Virus record (IMG/VR): IMGVR_UViG_3300021121_000001
Coordinates: 1-64,000 of that record
DNA length: 64,000 bases
Strand: one strand, 5' to 3'
Origin: a virus
Taxonomy: Duplodnaviria > Caudoviricetes
The notes below the pieces were generated by a model that was not told the origin of the DNA, made no database searches, and worked only from the letters and a program-made list of their open reading frames with translations. Below are positions 19,949-28,800 of this stretch, piece by piece. A program made the position numbers and the translations under genes. Numbering within the stretch: position 1 is the first letter of the stretch; the number at the start of each line of letters is the position of its first letter.

Positions 19949-22900
19949 TTATTTTCTGGATTTCAATTTAGGTTTAATTTTAGTCTTTCCTCCATATTTG
20001 CTTTTAGGAAGAGTAGTTTGCAATTGGTTATATTGTTCTACAAGTTGTTTGTCATAATCAGGATTTTCTCCAGGTTTATATTTCTTAGGTGCTGTATTTG
20101 ATATAGGACTTGCTCCAAATATCATACTTAAAAGATTTTCTTTTGATAAATTAGCATTAGGATAAAAATCTTTAGCTAATTCTTTATTAGCTCCAAAAGA
20201 TTGTTGTCTTCTTGCATTTTCAATTTCAGACTGAGTGTCCATTCTTTGTTGTGTATCAATAGCACCTTCTCTTCTTCTGATGGGATCTTCTAATTGATTA
20301 TACCATGTTCCCTGATTATACATATCAGCTTGTGTTCTTGCCTGGGCATTATGTTGATCAGCAGCAAATCTTGATTGTCTGTTAGCTTGATCTGTCTGAT
20401 AATATCTTTGTTCTTTTTCTGCTTCCCCTGAAGCAAGTCCTTGAAGTCTGTTAGCCATTCCTGTTCCTGAAAGATCAGTTGCATTTGTAATAAATGCTCT
20501 TTGGGCTCTGTCTATATCATTTGTATAAGGTTGATTTATAGGAGCTTCTATATAGTTTGGCTGAATTTTATAATAATTAAGAGGTTGTCTGCCATATATA
20601 TTAGGAAGAGGAATACCAAGATTCATTTCAAGATTTACATCTGGTTTGAGATAGTTATTTCTTTCTATAGTTCTATCTTTGTATTGTATTTCTGGAGCAG
20701 GTGTTGCAGCAGGTTGATCAGAATATCCTTTTATATAAAGACCTGGAGTGCCTGATTCATAATAATCCCCATGTTTATAAGCTGAATTTTGAGCTTCCCA
20801 TTGTTTTTGAGCATCTGGTGAACTAAATTTGAAATTTTTAAACTCTGGATTTCTGTAATAAAATTCATGATCATTATAATTTGTTGTTGCGTATTCTTTT
20901 GATAAAGTTGGATCTTTTGCAATTTTATTATTTATTATATTTTGAAGCTTTTTAGCATCTGCTGTATTTGGATAGTCCTTCATGGATCCTATTGAAGCTT
21001 TGCCATCTTTACCTACAAATGAAGGATAGTCTTTTGGATCAATTATTTTATGATCTATGAGATATTGAATGCCTGCTCTTGTAGGAGGAGCTGTAAGACC
21101 ATAATGCAGAGCTGCTTCAGGATGAAGTTTTAATGTTCCAAGTTGTAAAATATCACCATATTTATTCAAATCCTGAAAGGTTTTTGCATTGCTGATTGCT
21201 TTTTCAATTTCCGGAGTACTCGCTTTATTATATTGAAGCTGCTCTATCAGTCTTTTTTTAGCTTCACTTACATTTGTTGCATCATTTACATACTTATAAG
21301 TAGGTGATTCTTTAAATTTTGCAACAATATCTTTAGCTTCAGTAGGAGGCGTTGGTCCAGGATTACCTCCTGCTTGAAATTTTCTAAGTCCCCCATATTT
21401 AGCTGTTGGCATATCATCCTGCATTGCTTTATTTTGAACTTCCTGTCCAAAATATCCTCCTTTTTTAAGATTTTCCTGCATTGCAAATATAGATTCCAAT
21501 GCTTCATTATTTTTAGCTATCATTAGTTCTGCTGTTTGTTTTTGTGTATCATCTGCATTTTTATCTTTTGCAAGATCTACATATTTTTTAGTTTCAAACT
21601 TCTTGGCAATATCTGCAATAGACACTTTTCCTTTTTTAGGGAGTTTGAGATTTTCCAAAAAGCTTGCAGGAAGCTGTTTAGAATTCATTTCCATTCCTTC
21701 TTGTGCTTTTGGCATAGATTTTTTCATTTCTCTTAATTCTTCTACAGGTATTTTGAGATGTTCTGAATATATTTTGCTTCCGGCAGGAAGATTTAAAGCA
21801 ATTCCCCCATCTGCATGTGATGGACCTTGTACTTCTTGAGAAAAGCCATTTGGTAATTTTACATGTTCTTTACCCTCAATTTCTACATTTTTTTCTCCTT
21901 TACCTCCTATATCTTTTATTTGCATACCCCCATTTTCAAAATATGTTTCTCCTCCCATTTTTCTGGAATTTGCAGTGAAAGCTGCTTGATTTTCAGGAAT
22001 ACTCAATCTACTATCCATTGTATATATTGAATCAGGTTTAGCTTGATTGTTGCCAAAAAGACCTGTTAAATGTTTAACATCTTCAGTTTTTAAGTTTATA
22101 CAACCCCAAGAGAAACAACGTTGTGTAAATTCTGGAGAATTTATTCTTTTGTTTCTTTCATTTAATTCTTCAGGATATAATGTATGGACTGCAACTCCAT
22201 TATAATTAGGATTAGTTAATGAAAATCCCGGTGATCCATATATATCTGGATTACTTTCTATAGCAGAAACTCCTACGGGAGTAACTTGTGATTTTAAAAG
22301 TGCTTGCGGATTAGTTTTTTCAAATTTTTCCATTTGTTCAAGATTGTAAGGAGCCGTTACATCTTTTGGATTTGAATTTTTACCTGTTATTACAGGATAG
22401 GATTTAATAACTCCATCTTTATCAGTATAAAATATTTTTTGTTGTCCTTTATCAACTAAAAGTACTTTATTTCCATTATTTTGCATTTGTTTAATAAAAT
22501 AATCAGTTGTAGGATTTCCATATTGAGAAGATGGTGCTGAATTAGTATTTAGATTTTTTAAAGGACCATTTTGATTTATATCTACTTGAGTTTTACGCAT
22601 CTGATAATCAGAAATATTTTTAGACTGCTGTAAATTATTTGAAGTATTATCAACCTGTGCATAATTATTAAAAGCAGGCATATTTATTCTTGGAGCATTT
22701 GAATAATCCTGAACAGGTGCTGCATTTGTATTTTGAGGAACATTTATATTAGGAGTAAATCTGCTATTTTTACTTGGGCGAGTATCATAGTCACCAAAAT
22801 CAGGATGTTGAGGTGTAATAGGAGCAGATTTTTTTGGAGTTATTGCAAATGTTTCATAAGCTTTTTGAGTAAGTGGACCCCATGCACCATCAACTTTTAT

Positions 22901-24148
22901 ATTTGCTCCTCTTGAATTTAAAAATCTTTGGTAATCTGCAACTGATTGTGTCCCACCAGGTGCAAGATTTGTTTTTATTTCTGTACCTTCTTGAGCCAAT
23001 TTATTTCTTCCTTCAAAGCCATAACCTTGTGTTTCATAAGGAGTTACATTAAGACCATCTGAAAATACAGATTGTGTGAACAATTTTGCTTCCTGTTCCT
23101 GAGTTTCTCTATTTTGTTGTTGCGAACCTAAAATATCTGCCACTCCTTTTCCTGCATTTATTCCAGATTGAATGATATTAGACCCTATTGCTACTCCCTG
23201 TCCTATTTTATTAGCTAACATAGCTTTTTGTTCAGGGGTCATTTTGCGTTTTTGCTTTTCATTGCCTTGAGCAAATGAATTTGGAAGAGTTTGATCAGAT
23301 GTGTCTTGATTAGAAAAATCACTTGCATCATGTCCTGAAAATTCATGTCCTATGGGAGGGGCATTTGTTGTGTAATTATCTCCTATAAATTGTCCTGTAT
23401 TTGGAAAACCTGTTTGACTGCCTGCATCTGATAAATATTCTGATATTCCAGGAATACCTGTTAAACCAGCATCTTGATAAATAGGAAGTCTTCCACCAAA
23501 AGCCATTTTATCCTGTATTGAATTAAAATATGTTCCTGTAGGATTATTTCTAGTTGTTTCAGTAAACATTGAACTTCCTCCCATAGGTCCATTATAATCA
23601 TAATAGGAAGTATTTACAGGTTTACCTTTTTTTATACTATCAGCAAGATCAAATGCATGATTTATACCCTGATTTAGATATGTAGCACTTCTTTGCAAAT
23701 ATTTATTACCTGAAAGAGGAATAAGATTTGGTTTAAATCTAAAACGTCCTGGATCAGAATTTTTATATAGATTATTCAGTTTATTTATTTCATCGCTGTT
23801 TCCATAAACATTTGGGTGCTCATTTCTAAGAGCGTCATAATCCAAAACACTTTTTGTAAGTGCCGGGTTAAAAGTTTGTCTATTTATAATAGATTCTTGG
23901 TTTAAAGGATTTTCTATACCTCCTTGATAAGTTTGTTCTGGTACATTTACATTAGGAACAGTTTGATTATCATCTGTATTTGCTGTACCTATTACCATTT
24001 TTCCAGTTTGTGCTTTGGAAATAGCAAAAGATTTAACAAGCCTTTCTACAGCAGCATCATTGCCGGAAGAAATAGCTTTACGTATAGCCGCCTCATGTTT
24101 TTTAGGAACATTTACTAATTGACCAGTTTTTGGATTTTGTATTTTCAT
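19949..24148 (-). CDS. Cargo protein with peptidoglycan-binding and L,D-transpeptidase (YkuD)-like domains (1399 aa)
   Basis: SVADYQRFLNSRGANIKVDGAWGPLTQKAY (PG_binding_1-like, ~22855-22945). VLLVDKGQQKIF...YPVITG...TPVG...VAVH...SWGCIN (YkuD-like, ~22020-22480). GPSHADGG module ~21800. Confidence 0.75.
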   Translation of the reverse strand: MKIQNPKTGQLVNVPKKHEAAIRKAISSGNDAAVERLVKSFAISKAQTGKMVIGTANTDDNQTVPNVNVPEQTYQGGIENPLNQESIINRQTFNPALTKSVLDYDALRNEHPNVYGNSDEINKLNNLYKNSDPGRFRFKPNLIPLSGNKYLQRSATYLNQGINHAFDLADSIKKGKPVNTSYYDYNGPMGGSSMFTETTRNNPTGTYFNSIQDKMAFGGRLPIYQDAGLTGIPGISEYLSDAGSQTGFPNTGQFIGDNYTTNAPPIGHEFSGHDASDFSNQDTSDQTLPNSFAQGNEKQKRKMTPEQKAMLANKIGQGVAIGSNIIQSGINAGKGVADILGSQQQNRETQEQEAKLFTQSVFSDGLNVTPYETQGYGFEGRNKLAQEGTEIKTNLAPGGTQSVADYQRFLNSRGANIKVDGAWGPLTQKAYETFAITPKKSAPITPQHPDFGDYDTRPSKNSRFTPNINVPQNTNAAPVQDYSNAPRINMPAFNNYAQVDNTSNNLQQSKNISDYQMRKTQVDINQNGPLKNLNTNSAPSSQYGNPTTDYFIKQMQNNGNKVLLVDKGQQKIFYTDKDGVIKSYPVITGKNSNPKDVTAPYNLEQMEKFEKTNPQALLKSQVTPVGVSAIESNPDIYGSPGFSLTNPNYNGVAVHTLYPEELNERNKRINSPEFTQRCFSWGCINLKTEDVKHLTGLFGNNQAKPDSIYTMDSRLSIPENQAAFTANSRKMGGETYFENGGMQIKDIGGKGEKNVEIEGKEHVKLPNGFSQEVQGPSHADGGIALNLPAGSKIYSEHLKIPVEELREMKKSMPKAQEGMEMNSKQLPASFLENLKLPKKGKVSIADIAKKFETKKYVDLAKDKNADDTQKQTAELMIAKNNEALESIFAMQENLKKGGYFGQEVQNKAMQDDMPTAKYGGLRKFQAGGNPGPTPPTEAKDIVAKFKESPTYKYVNDATNVSEAKKRLIEQLQYNKASTPEIEKAISNAKTFQDLNKYGDILQLGTLKLHPEAALHYGLTAPPTRAGIQYLIDHKIIDPKDYPSFVGKDGKASIGSMKDYPNTADAKKLQNIINNKIAKDPTLSKEYATTNYNDHEFYYRNPEFKNFKFSSPDAQKQWEAQNSAYKHGDYYESGTPGLYIKGYSDQPAATPAPEIQYKDRTIERNNYLKPDVNLEMNLGIPLPNIYGRQPLNYYKIQPNYIEAPINQPYTNDIDRAQRAFITNATDLSGTGMANRLQGLASGEAEKEQRYYQTDQANRQSRFAADQHNAQARTQADMYNQGTWYNQLEDPIRRREGAIDTQQRMDTQSEIENARRQQSFGANKELAKDFYPNANLSKENLLSMIFGASPISNTAPKKYKPGENPDYDKQLVEQYNQLQTTLPKSKYGGKTKIKPKLKSRK

Positions 24149-24177
24149 ATTAAATTATTTCAAAGTAAAATTAATTA

Positions 24178-25410
24178 TTATTCTATTATCTTCCAACTAG
24201 AAGATATTTTACCACCGCTCTGAAATTTTTTTCCGCTTACCTCTTGATAATCTTGCCCTAAATTAGCCAAATTTACAAAAAGATTGAATCTTTTAGCATT
24301 TTTCAATTCTGGTATAAGTCCTAAATAACTTAATGGATCAGTTGGTTTATTATAAATAGATAAAGCTGTGGAAGGTAAACTTGCCATATACCCAATTGCT
24401 TGAGCATGTGGATGAGGAATTAAAGAAATGGCATCTCCAACTAATCCAATTGCATTAACTGTATCTGACAGAGTACCTAATCCTTTTCCTGTTCCTCCTG
24501 TACCTCCTGTGGTGTTTGCATAACTACTTGTTACATCAGAAGGAAGTCTATTATCATAATAGGGAGGTTGAATAAATTTTCCTTTTTGTGCCATAGGCAT
24601 ATCTTCTACTATTTGCCAGTTAGATACCTTACCTCCTGTTTCATATTTAGCTTTTATTTTCTTTTCTTGCTTAAGCATTTCTTTAGTAGGTTTTTTACCA
24701 GATCCTTTATTCTCACGAATTGAATCCCATAAACCATGTTGAGAATAATGTCCATCAGCTCTTTTTATCATACCTCCTTGAGCATACTCATTATAGAAAT
24801 TCATTTCTTGAATGTCTGGGGCAAATCCTCCATCTTCCCATGTTTTTCTTGCAAAAGCTCTGAAATATGGATTGTTTTTTAGATTCTTTGCATGTCTTGC
24901 ATAAAAAGCTTTTTTCCTTTCAGGATTATTAGGATGCTGTCCGAGATGGGAATCTCCAAAATATTTTTTAGTTCCATCAGGTCCTATTACAACATGGGTT
25001 TTACCTTTTCTTGCATTTGACTTTTTGACAATATATCCATGACCTGCTTGAGGTAAAGGAATTTCTCTTATTGTATTTGTATCAAATTGATGCAATCCTG
25101 AATTAGGTGGAAGAAATCTGCCATTTGCTAAAAGAGGAATAGATGTATGAGACATATCAATAAGTCCTTCAGGAGAATGTATGTCTATACTTTCTCTATT
25201 TCTATAAGGGGAATCATCCCTATATCCCATTTCAGAAACTCCTCCATCTTTATGTTTCCACTTTTTGGCATTTTGAGCAAATATAGCCCTTTTGCGAGTG
25301 AGAGGGTTTTTACTATGAGTTAATTCTTCTGTAGTTTTACCTGTGGCTTTTTTAGTTGCATTAAATTTACCGATATTTTTTGGCTTTATATGAATTTTAC
25401 CTTTTGCCAT
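24178..25410 (-). CDS. Modular basic protein built from short modules separated by xxGG motifs (410 aa)
   Basis: Modules IHIKP...RKRAIFAQNAKKWKH, GYRDDSP..., KKYFG...ERKKAFYARH and IKRADGHYSQHGLWDSIR, each bounded by DGG/QGG/TGG-type motifs. Confidence 0.6.
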   Translation of the reverse strand: MAKGKIHIKPKNIGKFNATKKATGKTTEELTHSKNPLTRKRAIFAQNAKKWKHKDGGVSEMGYRDDSPYRNRESIDIHSPEGLIDMSHTSIPLLANGRFLPPNSGLHQFDTNTIREIPLPQAGHGYIVKKSNARKGKTHVVIGPDGTKKYFGDSHLGQHPNNPERKKAFYARHAKNLKNNPYFRAFARKTWEDGGFAPDIQEMNFYNEYAQGGMIKRADGHYSQHGLWDSIRENKGSGKKPTKEMLKQEKKIKAKYETGGKVSNWQIVEDMPMAQKGKFIQPPYYDNRLPSDVTSSYANTTGGTGGTGKGLGTLSDTVNAIGLVGDAISLIPHPHAQAIGYMASLPSTALSIYNKPTDPLSYLGLIPELKNAKRFNLFVNLANLGQDYQEVSGKKFQSGGKISSSWKIIE

Positions 25411-25438
25411 ATTTTTTATATTTTATAACTAATTATAA

Positions 25439-25885
25439 TTAGCTCATTTTTAAATGGTACAGTGTGTTATTAGTTATTTTCAGAATTTTGTTTATTTCTG
25501 AAGTGACTGTATGATCGGCATCTTTTAAAAGACCATCTCTTATTCCCTCTATATAGGTTTTTGCTGATTCAAAATAAGCAGAAGGTTCCATATTTTCATA
25601 TTCAGAAATAGTATAATTTCCAAATCCTTGCAAATCACCATATTCCATTGTAAGTTGCTTAGAAATACAATAGATGGGTTCCCAAATTTGTTCACAATAA
25701 TGTCCAAGAGCCTTGTGATTAGCATAAATTTTAGTTTTAATTGCTAATACTCTGGCTACTTTTGAGCAGTTTATCAAATACCCAACAAAGTCAGCATATG
25801 GGTTTTTAGAAGAGAATTCTTTTTTAAACCCTGTTTCTTTTATTAATTTTGTTACAGAAGGTTTTTCTTTAAATTTAATTTCCAT
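25439..25885 (-). CDS. Ferritin/Dps-like four-helix protein (DUF5856-like), metal ligands apparently degenerate
   Basis: YANHKALG...YG and C-terminal I..TLY.L pattern of phage Dps-like proteins; size 148 aa. Confidence 0.6.
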   Translation of the reverse strand: MEIKFKEKPSVTKLIKETGFKKEFSSKNPYADFVGYLINCSKVARVLAIKTKIYANHKALGHYCEQIWEPIYCISKQLTMEYGDLQGFGNYTISEYENMEPSAYFESAKTYIEGIRDGLLKDADHTVTSEINKILKITNNTLYHLKMS

Positions 25886-25897
25886 TTTGTATTTATT

Positions 25898-28800
25898 TTA
25901 TGAAGGTGAATTTATTGTATCTGTTATAGCAAATCTGTGAAGGATTTGATAATTTGACCATTTGTCATTTATAAGCCTCAAAACATGATAGTCTGATCTC
26001 ATTATATCCTTAATATACGAAACTTTATAATTTATAGCAAGTGGATTTGGTTCTTTATACGCTATATTATTACAATCATAGGTCATCAAAGGTTGTCCAT
26101 CATTTTTTGCAACACTATAAAAATTATTAAATCTCCATATATTTTCAATCTTTTCTGTAAGAATATCCCTAGAGTCTTGATTTTGTTTTGGATATAAAAG
26201 GAATTGCCTTCTATTATTCTTTTCTTTAGGAACAAGATTAAGCACCCCTGTTGTCTGATTTTGATTGTAAATAAGGGCTTTATTATAAGTTTTATTAGTT
26301 ATAAGAGCAGAGGACATATTATCCTGATACCTATAAAACTCTGCAATATATTCCACATTTTCAAGAACTCTGTTATACATTTTTGAATTAACTGTAAATT
26401 CAAAAATAAAGGGTTTTAACTTTCCATAATAAACCTGATAAGATTTACTGGTTAAGTTATGATGCCAAAGTCCTTCTTCTGAAATATCTTCAAAAGAATA
26501 ATTTATTCCCGAAGAGAAATAAGATTGATTTGAAATATAATAATTTGGTGTAAAGCTATGAAAAGATATAAATGATTTAAAAAGAGGATTGTATGAAATT
26601 GTCCAGGATTTATTACAAAAGTATTCAGGATTCTCTAAAGTAAATTTTTTATTAGGTTCTGATATATTATAAAAAGAAGTTCCGTCAAATTTAATAAAAT
26701 TCCTAAAAGCAGGTTTAAGTTCTACATCTCTTTTTGTAAATATCATCCTTTTATATCTTGCATCATAGGCAATTGTCATCCCTACATATTTGTAATTGTT
26801 GGTTATGTCAAAATCAGGGAAATCTTTAAGTATTTTAAATGGTAGATTTTCTTTAAACCACCATTCTTCTTCTGGTTTCACTATATTTTGAATTCCTTGT
26901 TGAAACTGAAGAATTTGTCCCCTTTTATTATCCACCCAAAAATGTCCAAACTCTGTAGAAACTATTGCAGGAGTTTGAGATCCTCCATATCCCAGATCAG
27001 TTTGCAAAAATTGAGAAGGTATTCCACTTGCAAATAAAGTGTTACTTCCAACTGTAGCAGTTGCTACATTTGTCTGAAGAGCAATATATGAATTGAAAAC
27101 AGCAGCTCTATTTTCTTGAATAGCGAGAACTTTTCCATTTTCTATTCCTTTTACAATCAGGAGCTTACCGCCTGATTTAGGAAATTCATAATAGTTATTA
27201 GCAAGAAAAACAAGGTTTCCATCTGATAGGTCGTTTTGGTCATTATCCTGTAAGCTATAAATAAGCCTGTTAGGATGCTGAGATTTACAAAGTTGTTTAA
27301 CTTGGTCATAGTCGTTATTTATTACAAAATTTGGGTTTAGTGTATTTTGTTTGGAATAATCGTTATTATACAAATAAGAATTATCTTCTGACATTGGTAC
27401 AAAACATTCCTGTGTCCATTCAGTTATATCTCCTACATTTGGATAAAAATTCTTTTCTTTTAGATTTTCTCCATGTCTTAAATCTAAATTATAATCTGAT
27501 TCACATAAAAAAGAAGTGATGCCATAAAAAGAATGTACATATTTTCCATTTAAGAATAAACTATCTCCAAGATCACTTTTGAGAGTTGGAATAGATGCAG
27601 CAAGAGCAATAGGGATGGAAATAACTCCAAAAGCCACTCCTGATACACCTCCTATTATTGCTGCTCCCAGTCCAGCATCCTGCCAAGATTGTCCTGAAGA
27701 AGAAAAACATAAGAAATTATAATCTGCTCTTGAAGTTGAGTAAACTGCAACATCTCCAAAAAGTGCCTGGGAAATACCATTATAGTCCAAAGTATTAGGA
27801 TAGTCCATGAAGTATTTTGGATACCCTATATTTGGAAGAAGAGACATTTGTATATCCTGATTTGTTGCACCAACATTTGTTGCAGAGCTAGGTATAACTC
27901 TATCATCTAAAAACATTGGAGTTTTTCTCTTCTTGGTAAATCTGGTTATATAAGTGTCACCTCCAAAAATAGTGTCACATCTTGTATCTTGATTTGCATC
28001 AGACCAATTTATATATCCATCATATCCTGTATCTATCCATTGGATATTATCTATCTGCCCATATTGATTTACAAGAACATTTTTTAAAGATCCGTAATAG
28101 GAAGATATATCTCCGGTAACTCCTGAATTATTACATATTGGAAGTTGTCTGCTTGTATCTTCAGAGGAAGTCTTTAAAAATGTTGAATTTATTGCAAGTT
28201 CTATAAAAACAGAAGAGTCTCTTTTAAAATTATTAAATCTGATGCTTCCTTTAGTTGTATTTACATTTAAAATACCAGGTTTTAGGTATTGACTATTTGC
28301 AACAGTTCTTCTAATGTTTCCTGTAGAGTTCAGAGCATAATTCAAATATTTACCAACTCCATTATAAAAAATGGCATAATTTCTAAACGGTGCATACTTT
28401 TTAATTATATCATACCATTCAGAATAATGAGAATAAATTCTCATTGGAGCAAGAATATTCTCTCCAACTAAAGCAAGAATAAGACCTAAAGGCAATGATG
28501 TTCCACTTCCAAAAACTTCTATTGGTATTGTGAGTGTTGCATTTGCCATTGTGTTAAGTGCTTCAAAAGCAGCTTCTACAGATGCAAATCCTATTGCTGC
28601 TGAAATAATTCCTGCTCCTACATATTGATAAACAGAATTATTTTTAACATCTGAATAATTTCCTATTGCTTTTCCTGTTTGCTCACATTCAAGTTTTATT
28701 TCTGTTCCAAGTCCAGGATTGTTAAAAGAAAGATTTGGAGCATCTATTGTATATTTGTTATTTACATAATCCAATGAACTATAAGGATGAAGCAAATTTA

